Source of the DNA: Betaproteobacteria bacterium
GTDB taxonomy: Bacteria > Pseudomonadota > Gammaproteobacteria > Burkholderiales > SG8-41
Direction of reading: 5' to 3'
Assembly: GCA_031381325.1 (NCBI GenBank)
Contig: JANMXV010000074.1
Span: 1 to 51,239, forward strand
DNA: 51,239 nucleotides
In this document: positions 18,610 through 26,643 of the stretch, in pieces
How positions within the stretch are numbered: position 1 is the stretch's first letter
How the letters are laid out: every line of letters starts with the position of its first letter
Position numbers and translations under genes: made by a program
Notes under the pieces: generated by a model
Told to the model about the DNA's origin: nothing
Seen by the model: the letters and a program-made list of their open reading frames with translations, nothing else
Databases searched by the model: none

Positions 18610-19401
18610 ATGCCCAGAAAACCTTCCGACGAACCGGGCCGGCTCACCGGCACCCAGAGTATAGAACGTGCGCTGCTGTTGTTGCGTGAAATCGCCGCCC
18701 ACAATCGCACGGGGTCGCGTCTGCTCGATCTTGCCACGCGCACCAGCCTGCAACGGCCCACCGTGCACCGCATGTTGAAATGCCTGGCGCATGAAGGCAT
18801 GGTGCAGCAGGACGCCGACACGCACCGCTATTACCTCGGCTCGATGGCCTTCGAGCTGGGCCTTACGGCCGCGCCGCGCTTTAACCTGCGCGAGCTCTCG
18901 CACCCCGGCATGGCGCGCATCGCGGAGGCCACCGGCGACACCGTGTTTCTCACGCAGCGCAGCGGCCCCGACGCCGTGTGCATCGATCGTCACGAAGGCA
19001 CCTTTCCGATCAAGACATTCACACTCGACATCGGCATGCGCCGCCCGCTCGGCGTGGGCACCGGCAGCCTGGCCATTGTTGCCGCGCTGGCCGACGAAGA
19101 AATTCAAACCATCTTCAACGGTAATCAGCCGCGCTACGAGGAGTACGGCGTTTCCGCCGCCACCTTGTTGACGCAGGCAAAAAAAGCGCAAAAACTCGGC
19201 TACTCCATGCGCGAAGCGCCGACCCTGGCGGGCGTGCGTTCGGTAGGTCACGCGATACGCAATCAGGCCGGTACGCCATTTGCCGCGTTGTCGGTATCCA
19301 CCATCTCCAGCCGTATGACCGAAAAGCGCGTGATTGAGATCGCAGCGCTGCTAAAAAACGAAGCACGCTTGATCGAAAAGCAACTGAGCAACGCAATGTA
19401 G
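18610..19401 (+). CDS. IclR-family transcriptional regulator
   Basis: GTQSIERALLLLREIA (wHTH) and a C-terminal IclR effector-domain pattern. The ORF opens at a GTG at 18565, but a perfect TATAAT at 18558-18563 abuts it, so ATG 18610 is preferred. Confidence 0.8.
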   Translation: MPRKPSDEPGRLTGTQSIERALLLLREIAAHNRTGSRLLDLATRTSLQRPTVHRMLKCLAHEGMVQQDADTHRYYLGSMAFELGLTAAPRFNLRELSHPGMARIAEATGDTVFLTQRSGPDAVCIDRHEGTFPIKTFTLDIGMRRPLGVGTGSLAIVAALADEEIQTIFNGNQPRYEEYGVSAATLLTQAKKAQKLGYSMREAPTLAGVRSVGHAIRNQAGTPFAALSVSTISSRMTEKRVIEIAALLKNEARLIEKQLSNAM

Positions 19402-19547
19402 CGCAATGCATAAACACGCTGCGCCCCTTTCAGTTTTAAGTGCGCAAGCGCGGCGTGGTCTTGCCGCACAAGGATTGGGAAATGGGTTCTTCTGATTTTC
19501 CGTGCGTGTCCATAGCCTCTTTGCGGTGAAGTTTTTCGGTTTTGAAA

Positions 19548-20816
19548 ATGATCGACCTTCCCGGACTTCCCCAAAAACAATTTGCGCGTGACGCAAAATG
19601 TCCGCTCGACGGCGTGCGTGTGCTCGACCTGTCGCGCGTGGTGGCCGGCAACATGGTGAGTTTGCTGCTCGCCGATTTCGGCGCGGAAGTCATCAAGATC
19701 GAAACGCCCGAAGGCGACGCGCTGCGTGATTGGCTGGTCGGCGGCATCGCAGTGAACTGGAAAGTCTACGCACGCAACAAAAAGAGTGTGTGCCTCAACT
19801 TGCGCAAACCGGAAGCCAGGGACTTGCTGCTCAAACTGGTCGAGGGCGCGCAGGTATTCATCGAAAATTTCCGTCCCGGCACGCTGGAGAAAATGGGCCT
19901 CGGTCCCGAGGTGTTGCACGCACGTAATCCCAAGCTCGTCATCGTGCGCGTCAGCGGTTGGGGACAGACCGGTCCGTATAAACACAAACCCGGCTTCGGC
20001 ACGCTGGCCGAGGGCATGTCCGGCTTTGCCGCATTGAACGGCTTTGCCGACCGTGAGCCGGTGCTGCCGCCCAACCAGCTTGCCGATTGCACAGCGGGCA
20101 CCTACGGTGCGTTCGCAGTAATGATCGCGCTGCGCCATGTTGAGGTCAGCGGCGGACGGGGCCAGGTGATTGACTTGCCGCTGCTCGAACCCCTGTTCAC
20201 CTTCATGGGCCCGCAGGCCGCGGGTTACAAAGCCGGCGGCAAACTGCGTGAGCGCACCGGCAGCCGTTCAACGACCGCGGCCCCGCGCAATGTGTATCGC
20301 ACCAAGGACAATAAATGGGTCAGTATGTCGGCCTCCACGCAGGCGATGACCGAACGCCTGTTTCGCGTGATCGCCCGTGCGGATTTACTCGACAATCCGC
20401 GCTATAAAACGAACGCCGAGCGCGTCAAACACGCCACCGAACTGGACGCCATCGTCGGCGACTTTATCGTCAAAATGACGCTGGCCGAAAACATGGCCTT
20501 CTTTGATAAACATGAAGTGACCGTTGGCCCTGTCTACGACATTGCGCAATTCGTGCAAGACCCGCATGTGCTCGCGCGCGAGATCGTCGCTGAGTATCCC
20601 GACGATGAAATGGGCATGATTCCCATGCACAGCGTGGTGCCCAAAATGTCCGGCACGCCCGGCGCTATCCGCGCCCCCGCGCCAAGGCTCGGCGAACACA
20701 GCACGGACATTCTCGCTGGCCTCGGGCTCACGGATGCCGAGATTAAATCGCTCGCCGACGCCGGTGTGATCTACGCCGGCCCCCAGCGTAAAAAAACCAA
20801 GGAACTACCCTCATGA
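19548..20816 (+). CDS. Family III (CaiB/BaiF) CoA-transferase
   Basis: LDGVRVLDLSRVVAGNMVSLLLADFGAEVIKIE. About 420 aa. ATG at 19548 (TTG at 19542 possible). Confidence 0.85.
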   Translation: MIDLPGLPQKQFARDAKCPLDGVRVLDLSRVVAGNMVSLLLADFGAEVIKIETPEGDALRDWLVGGIAVNWKVYARNKKSVCLNLRKPEARDLLLKLVEGAQVFIENFRPGTLEKMGLGPEVLHARNPKLVIVRVSGWGQTGPYKHKPGFGTLAEGMSGFAALNGFADREPVLPPNQLADCTAGTYGAFAVMIALRHVEVSGGRGQVIDLPLLEPLFTFMGPQAAGYKAGGKLRERTGSRSTTAAPRNVYRTKDNKWVSMSASTQAMTERLFRVIARADLLDNPRYKTNAERVKHATELDAIVGDFIVKMTLAENMAFFDKHEVTVGPVYDIAQFVQDPHVLAREIVAEYPDDEMGMIPMHSVVPKMSGTPGAIRAPAPRLGEHSTDILAGLGLTDAEIKSLADAGVIYAGPQRKKTKELPS

Positions 20817-21730
20817 ACCGCGAACAACCCGTCTGGCGCTCGCTGATGTACTGCCCGGTGAATGTCGAAAAGTATGTGGACAAAGCGCACACGCGCGGCG
20901 CTGATGTGGTGCAACTTGATCTCGAAGACAGCGTGCCGCCCTCCGAAAAAGCCGGTGCGCGCAAACTCGTCGAAAAGGCCGCCGCGAGAGTGCGGCGCGG
21001 CGGCGCTGATGTGGTGGTGCGCTTCAACCAGCCGCTGTCGCAGGCGGTGCGCGATCTTGAATATTCGATTTGCCCGGACGTCGATGCGCTGGCCTGCACC
21101 AAGGTTGCGGGTGTGTCGCATGTGCAGTTACTCGATGAACTCGTCAGCGAGCTTGAAGAAAAGCGCGGCATGACGGTGGGCCATACCAAATTCATTGCCA
21201 TGATCGAAACGGCGGACGCCTTCTTTCAGATACGCGACATCGTGCGCGCCTCACCGCGCATCGTTGCCTGTAACATCGGCGGCGAGGATTTCGCGCTCGA
21301 CAACAATATGCAGCCTACGGGCGAGGCGTTGTTTTATCCGAAGCAGCAAATGATTTTCGCTGCCAACACGGTGGGCATCGTGCCGCTGGGCTTTATCGAC
21401 AGCATTGCCGGTTTCGGCGACTGGGACGTGTTTCGCAAAATGGTGCGCCGCTCGCGCGATTTTGGCTTTATGGGCGCGGGCTGCATCCACCCCGGGCAGG
21501 TCACGATCGTCAATCAGGAATACACACCCAGCGAAGAAGAAGTTGCTTACGCGCGCAAGGTGATTCAGCTCGATCAGGAAGCAGCCGCATCAGGACGCGG
21601 CTCCTGGTCGCTCGACGGCAAGATGATCGACATCCCGATCATCGTACGCGCGCGCAAACTTATCGTGCGTTTTGAAGCGATCAAGAAACGCGAGTCGCGC
21701 ACCCTGGCCGCGATGGAGCATCACGCGTAA
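20813..21730 (+). CDS. HpcH/HpaI aldolase / CitE-like acyl-CoA lyase
   Basis: RSLMYCPVNVEKYVDKAHTRGADVVQLDLEDSV (CitE pattern). ATGA overlap with the CoA-transferase stop. Confidence 0.8.
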   Translation: MNREQPVWRSLMYCPVNVEKYVDKAHTRGADVVQLDLEDSVPPSEKAGARKLVEKAAARVRRGGADVVVRFNQPLSQAVRDLEYSICPDVDALACTKVAGVSHVQLLDELVSELEEKRGMTVGHTKFIAMIETADAFFQIRDIVRASPRIVACNIGGEDFALDNNMQPTGEALFYPKQQMIFAANTVGIVPLGFIDSIAGFGDWDVFRKMVRRSRDFGFMGAGCIHPGQVTIVNQEYTPSEEEVAYARKVIQLDQEAAASGRGSWSLDGKMIDIPIIVRARKLIVRFEAIKKRESRTLAAMEHHA

Positions 21731-21816
21731 ACCGCTTTACTATAAACCCGCTTGCCTGCGGCGCGGAAAGCCGATAACTTTCATCCCCTGCCGGCGTTCG
21801 CTGGCTTGGAGAAAAC

Positions 21817-22791
21817 ATGATTCCCGCTTTCCGTCCGGCCGTGCTCTGCGCCTTGTGTGCTTGCAGTACGTCTTTCGCGCAATCGAACCAGGGCTACCCC
21901 AGCCGCCCTATCCGCATCATCGTGCAGTTCACGCCCGGCACCTCGACCGACATCATGGCGCGCGTGGTGGCGCAGAAGTTAAGCGCGAGCTTCGGCCAAC
22001 AAGTCATCGTCGATAACCGCCCCGGCGCGGGGGCGGTGCTGGGCACCGAGATGGGCGCGAAAGCCGCACCCGACGGCCACACGCTGACGATGGCGGTATC
22101 CAGCGCGTTCGGCATCAATCCGACGCTTTACGCGAAGTTGCCGTACGACGCGGTGAAGGATTTTGAGCCCATCATCAACCTTGCGCTGACGCCGCAGACG
22201 CTGGTGACCAGCCCTTCCGCTTCCTTCAAGACGGTAAAGGAATTCGTAGCGGCGGCACGCGACAAACCGGGCACGATCAACTACGCCTCGCTGGGCAGCG
22301 GCTCGACCAGCCACCTGACCTCGGAAATGTTTCGCGCTGCCGCCGGCATCAAAATCAATCACATTCCGTTCAAAGGCAGCGGCGATGCGCACACGCAACT
22401 GATCGGCGGGCAGATTCCGGCGATGTTCGATGCGATTCCGGCGACCATGCCGCATATCAAATCGGGCCGGCTGCGTGGGCTGGGCATTGCGACGTTGAAG
22501 CGCTCTGCATTTTTGCCTGATCTGCCTACCGTTGCCGAATCGGGTTTTCCGGGTTTTGAGGCGGTCGGTTGGATCGGCATCGCCGCGCCTGCGAAGACGC
22601 CAAGCGCTGTGCTCGACAAACTCAACGCCGAACTGCAGCGCATGCTCAACGAGCCGGACGTAAAAGACCGCCTTAACACACTCGCTTTTACGCCGGTGGG
22701 CGGCACGCGCAAGGAATTCAGCGACTACATGAAATCCGAAATCGCCAAATGGGGTAAGGCGGTAAAGGAATCCGGTGCACGGGTGGATTAA
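21817..22791 (+). CDS. Bug-family (TctC) tripartite tricarboxylate transporter substrate-binding protein
   Basis: Signal peptide, then YPSRPIRIIVQFTPGTSTDIMARVVAQKL. GGAGA upstream of the ATG. Confidence 0.85.
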   Translation: MIPAFRPAVLCALCACSTSFAQSNQGYPSRPIRIIVQFTPGTSTDIMARVVAQKLSASFGQQVIVDNRPGAGAVLGTEMGAKAAPDGHTLTMAVSSAFGINPTLYAKLPYDAVKDFEPIINLALTPQTLVTSPSASFKTVKEFVAAARDKPGTINYASLGSGSTSHLTSEMFRAAAGIKINHIPFKGSGDAHTQLIGGQIPAMFDAIPATMPHIKSGRLRGLGIATLKRSAFLPDLPTVAESGFPGFEAVGWIGIAAPAKTPSAVLDKLNAELQRMLNEPDVKDRLNTLAFTPVGGTRKEFSDYMKSEIAKWGKAVKESGARVD

Positions 22792-22813
22792 ATTGAACGT
22801 CAAAGACTTTTTT

Positions 22814-22888
22814 GCCACAGATGAACACAGATACACACAGATTAAGGGCGTTCGGGGTTATCTGTGTTCATCTGTGTAAATCTGTGGC
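22814..22888. repeat. Inverted array of 10-bp-periodic ACACAGAT units
   Basis: Left GCCACAGATGAACACAGATACACACAGAT (22814-22842). Right ATCTGTGTTCATCTGTGTAAATCTGTGGC (22860-22888). A 17-bp perfect inverted repeat (22816-22832 / 22860-22876) plus an alternative 9-bp register. T-run follows. Confidence 0.85.
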
Positions 22889-22921
22889 TAATGATTTTTT
22901 AATAGACAACCAGGAGCAACC

Positions 22922-23017
22922 ATGATTTACGAAATGAGAACCTACGACCTCAAACCGCGTTCGCTGGCCGAAGTCGAAAAGCGCTTTGGCGAAGCTTACG
23001 AAAAGCGCAAGCAATAA
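22922..23017 (+). pseudogene. Truncated NIPSNAP-family remnant (31 codons)
   Basis: MIYEMRTYDLKPRSLAEVEKRFGEAYEKRKQ* matches the N-terminus of roughly 100-aa NIPSNAP proteins and then stops. GGAG upstream. Not in the ORF track (under 60 aa). Confidence 0.5.
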
Positions 23018-23029
23018 AGTGAGGCCACC

Positions 23030-23833
23030 ATGAAACATTTCGCCCTCGTCATGCTTCTAGGGATGCTCGTGTCACCATCGGCCTATTCAGCGCAGGCCAT
23101 CGACAGCGTATTCATCGAAGAACTCACCTGGGTGGAAGTTCGCGACGCGATCAAGGCTGGCAAAACCACCATCATCTTTCCGACCGGCGGCACGGAGCAA
23201 AACGGGCCGCATATGGTGCTGGGCAAGCACAATTTCATCGTTAAACATACGGCAGAGCAAATCGCGCGCAGGCTCGGCAATGCACTGGTGGCGCCGGTGC
23301 TGGCCTATGTGCCCGAGGGAGACATCAATCCGCCGAATGGCCACATGCTGTTTCCCGGCAGCATCACGCTGCCGGATGAAGTTTTCATGAAGGTGACGGA
23401 GTACGCTGCGCGGAGTTTCCGGATCAACGGCTTCAGGGATATCGTACTCATTGGTGACAGTGGCCCCAACCAGAAAGGATTACAGGCCGTTGCTACAGTC
23501 CTTAACAAGGCGTGGTCCGGCAGCGACGTGCGCGTACATTACATTCCGGACTATTACTTCAAGCAAGGCTTTGCCGATTGGCTTAAGCGGCAGGGCGAAA
23601 CCGTTGAGAACATCGGCACACATGCGGGCATCGAAGATACATCGGAATTAATGGCGATCAACCCGAACCTGATCCGCAAAGACAAGCTGGCGTTTGGTGG
23701 TGATTTCAAAGTGACGGGTGTAAGCGGCAATCCGGCGCGGGCGAGCGCGGCCTATGGCAAGCAGGGGCTCGAAATGAAGATCGCGGTCGCTGTGGCACAA
23801 ATACAGAAACTGATAGCGGCAAGACGCAAATAG
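23030..23833 (+). CDS. Creatininase-family amidohydrolase with N-terminal signal peptide
   Basis: MKHFALVMLLGMLVSPSAYSAQA signal. IFPTGGTEQNGPHMVLGKH and LIGDSGPN are creatininase-fold motifs. Confidence 0.7.
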   Translation: MKHFALVMLLGMLVSPSAYSAQAIDSVFIEELTWVEVRDAIKAGKTTIIFPTGGTEQNGPHMVLGKHNFIVKHTAEQIARRLGNALVAPVLAYVPEGDINPPNGHMLFPGSITLPDEVFMKVTEYAARSFRINGFRDIVLIGDSGPNQKGLQAVATVLNKAWSGSDVRVHYIPDYYFKQGFADWLKRQGETVENIGTHAGIEDTSELMAINPNLIRKDKLAFGGDFKVTGVSGNPARASAAYGKQGLEMKIAVAVAQIQKLIAARRK

Positions 23834-23880
23834 CCGATCCTTTTGTAAATTTTCGTGAGCACGAAGGGGAGGATGGATCG

Positions 23881-24291
23881 CTAAGGTTTAGGGGGTAGCG
23901 TTTTTTCCAGCGCCTGGCCCGCCGTGCGCCAGGCGTCTATGCCGCCCTTGAGGGTGAGCGCACCTTGATAACCTTTGTCATAGAGCAGGCGTGTGGCATC
24001 GCGCGCGCGCTCGTCATCGGCGCTGTACAACACCACGGGATCTACTTTCGCTAACTTGAGGCTTTCCAGGCGATCCTTGAACTCGGCAAACGGCACGGAT
24101 ATCGCGCCGGGAAGGTGGCCCTGGTCGAAATCAGTGCGCTCACGCACGTCGATTAGCGCTGGGCGCGGCTCGGCCTTGAGCAGGCCCATCGCATCCTTCA
24201 CCGAAATTTCTGGCCCGCCTTTCAGACCCTGGCTGGAAAATACAAAAACACCGATCAATATCAGTATCGGAATCAACCATTTATGCGCCAT
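23881..24291 (-). CDS. Membrane-anchored rhodanese-domain protein
   Basis: Trimmed to MAHKWLIPILILIGVFVF, which avoids overlap with the upstream gene. LIDVRERTDFDQGHLPGAISVP rhodanese pattern. Confidence 0.7.
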   Translation of the reverse strand: MAHKWLIPILILIGVFVFSSQGLKGGPEISVKDAMGLLKAEPRPALIDVRERTDFDQGHLPGAISVPFAEFKDRLESLKLAKVDPVVLYSADDERARDATRLLYDKGYQGALTLKGGIDAWRTAGQALEKTLPPKP

Positions 24292-24320
24292 GCCGCATTG
24301 CCCTCGTTTGGGTATGAGGC

Positions 24321-25331
24321 TTACTGTGCCGATGGCGTGAACGCATCGCTGTAAAAATCGTCCGGCGGCAGTCTGCATTGCTCGGAAAAATCGTTCAAGG
24401 CCGACTCAATAACAATCGGCGCACCGCAGGCATAGACTTGGTAGCCGGACATATCCGGGAAATCTGCCATCACCGCGTGGTGTACGAAGCCGGTACGCCC
24501 ATTCCAGTTGTCCTCGGGCCGCGCCTCGGAAAGCACGGGCACGTAGGTGATGCCGTGATCGCGCGCCCAGCTTTCGGCTAAATCATTCAAATACAAATCG
24601 GCGCGCACGCGGCAACCCCAGTAGAGCGCCATTGGGCGCTGGATGGCTTTGTGAATGATGTGTTCGATGATGGCTTTGATCGGCGCGAAGCCGGTGCCGC
24701 TGGCCAGCAGGATCAGTGGTTTGTTGCTGTCTTCGCGCAGGAAAAACGTGCCTAGCGGGCCTTCAAAACGCAGGATGTCTTTTTCTTTTAGCGTGTTGAA
24801 CACGTAGTGGCTGAACGGTCCGCCGTAGTTGCGCAGATGCAGTTGCAGCACCGCGTCGTCATGCGGCGCATTGGCGAGAGAGAGGCTGCGGCGCAGGCCG
24901 CTCTTGGTGAGAATGTCGATGTATTGCCCGGCGAGAAATTGCAGTCGTTCGCTGGCCGGCAACCGTAGGTGAATCATCGTCACGTCGGGTGCAAGACGTT
25001 CGAGTTTCTGCACGCGGCACGGCAGCGTGCGTACTTGAATATCTTTGATCGCGCTGATTTCGCGGCACTCAATCACCACATCGGACACGGGTTTGGCCTG
25101 ACAGAACAACGCGTAACCCTGTTTCTTGTCGGCGTCGGAGAGGGCCGATTCCTGAAACACACCGTAATCGACTGCGCCCTGCAATACTTTGCCTTTGCAA
25201 CTGCCGCAGGCGCCGTTGCGGCAGCCGTAGGCGATGTTGAAACCTTCGCGTAACGCGGCATCCAGAATGGTTTCGTCGTCGGCAACGGTAAAGACATGGT
25301 TGCTGGGCTTAATCGTGACTTGGCGGGGCAT
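24321..25331 (-). CDS. 2Fe-2S ferredoxin / FNR-like flavin reductase (CDP-6-deoxy-delta-3,4-glucoseen reductase-like)
   Basis: CRNGACGSCKGKV plant-type 2Fe-2S motif, RSLSLAN FAD motif, LLASGTGFAPI NAD motif. Confidence 0.8.
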   Translation of the reverse strand: MPRQVTIKPSNHVFTVADDETILDAALREGFNIAYGCRNGACGSCKGKVLQGAVDYGVFQESALSDADKKQGYALFCQAKPVSDVVIECREISAIKDIQVRTLPCRVQKLERLAPDVTMIHLRLPASERLQFLAGQYIDILTKSGLRRSLSLANAPHDDAVLQLHLRNYGGPFSHYVFNTLKEKDILRFEGPLGTFFLREDSNKPLILLASGTGFAPIKAIIEHIIHKAIQRPMALYWGCRVRADLYLNDLAESWARDHGITYVPVLSEARPEDNWNGRTGFVHHAVMADFPDMSGYQVYACGAPIVIESALNDFSEQCRLPPDDFYSDAFTPSAQ

Positions 25332-25351
25332 GGAGTAAAATGGTTGGTTAT

Positions 25352-26278
25352 ATGAAACGGTTACTGATTATTGGTTGTGGCGACGTGGGCTTGCGCCTGA
25401 TTCCGCTGGCGCTGGCTCGCGATCATGTGTATGCGCGTGTGTACGCGCTCACGCGTGACCCCGCGCAATGCGCATCGTTGCGCGCGTTGGGCGTGACGCC
25501 GGTGGTCGGAGATTTGGACAAGCCACAATCGCTGTCGGCCATTGCCGGGATTGCTCACGATGTTGTGCATCTTGCGCCGCCGCCCTCCAGTGGCGCAACC
25601 GATACGCGTACCGCGCATCTGATTGCGGCGCTCAGCAGGAATAGCAGTAAAAGTAAAAATTATCGGGGCAGTCTACCACAGCACTTTGTCTACATTAGCA
25701 CCAGCGGCGTGTATGGCGATTGCGGCGGCGCGGTGGTGGCGGAAACGCGTCCAGCGCATCCGCAAACCGCGCGTGCGCGGCGGCGTGTGGATGCTGAGCA
25801 GCGTCTGCGTGCGTGGGGCGTGCGCAGCGGCGTGCAAGTGTCGGTGTTGCGCGTGCCGGGCATTTATGCCGCTGACCGGCTGCCGTTGGCGCGCCTGGCG
25901 CGCGGCACACCGGCGCTGCACGACGCGGACGATAGTTTTGTCAACCATGTCCACGCTGATGATCTTGCGCGCATGGTGATCGCGGCGCTGCATCACGCGA
26001 CGCCGGGGCGCACGTATAACGCGGTGGATGATTTGCCGCAGAAGATGGGGGATTACTTTGATCTGGTTGCTGATCGCCATGGGCTCAAGCGTCCGCCGCG
26101 CATCGCGCGCAGCGAGGCCGCGCGGGTGATTCCAGAAAATCTGCTGTCCTTCATGAGCGAATCACGGCGGCTGTCGAATCAGCGCCTCAAGCAGGAATTG
26201 CGTTTTCAACTGCGCTATCCGAGTGTGCATGAAGGCATCGCCGCAGGGATGGAAGCGCCAGCCAAAGCCGGCGCGTAG
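25352..26278 (+). CDS. NAD(P)-binding SDR/epimerase-family protein
   Basis: MKRLLIIGCGDVG Rossmann motif. About 308 aa. ORF opens at 25340. Confidence 0.65.
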   Translation: MKRLLIIGCGDVGLRLIPLALARDHVYARVYALTRDPAQCASLRALGVTPVVGDLDKPQSLSAIAGIAHDVVHLAPPPSSGATDTRTAHLIAALSRNSSKSKNYRGSLPQHFVYISTSGVYGDCGGAVVAETRPAHPQTARARRRVDAEQRLRAWGVRSGVQVSVLRVPGIYAADRLPLARLARGTPALHDADDSFVNHVHADDLARMVIAALHHATPGRTYNAVDDLPQKMGDYFDLVADRHGLKRPPRIARSEAARVIPENLLSFMSESRRLSNQRLKQELRFQLRYPSVHEGIAAGMEAPAKAGA

Positions 26279-26283
26279 CGTTT

Positions 26284-26643
26284 ATGACTCAGCCCAACGA
26301 CGTGCTGCTGGTGTTGACTAATCTGCCCGACCGCGAAGCGGCGTTGAAGTTGGCAAGCGCCGTCATCGACGCGCGCGTTGCGGCGTGTGTCAACATCCTT
26401 AGCGCGTGTGCCTCGGTGTACCGCTGGCAGGGCGCGATTGAAAATGCCGAAGAAATTCCGCTGCTAATCAAAACCACCAGCGCGCGTTACGCTGCGCTCG
26501 AAGCGGTGATTCGCCGGCTGCATCCTTACGAACTTCCGGAGATCATTGCAGTCCCACTGACGCAGGGTTTGCCCGGCTTTCTGCAATGGGTGGAAGCTGA
26601 AACAGCGGAAATACCGGAATTACCAGAGTTACGAGAAACTTGA
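26284..26643 (+). CDS. cutA: Divalent-cation tolerance protein CutA
   Basis: 119 aa. LVLTNLPDREAALKLASAVIDARVAACVNIL...YRWQG...HPYELPEII. Confidence 0.9.
   Translation: MTQPNDVLLVLTNLPDREAALKLASAVIDARVAACVNILSACASVYRWQGAIENAEEIPLLIKTTSARYAALEAVIRRLHPYELPEIIAVPLTQGLPGFLQWVEAETAEIPELPELRET

Noticed and set aside
18481-19251. Long antisense ORFs opposite real genes: 15268..16188, 18481..19251, 19263..20138, 21979..22836, 30683..31516, 34750..35430, 39332..40168, 40217..41167, 42065..43012.
   Set aside because: These are typical high-GC shadow ORFs. They are Arg/Ala/Gly/His-rich low-complexity translations with no motifs, and each lies fully opposite a gene with strong family signatures.
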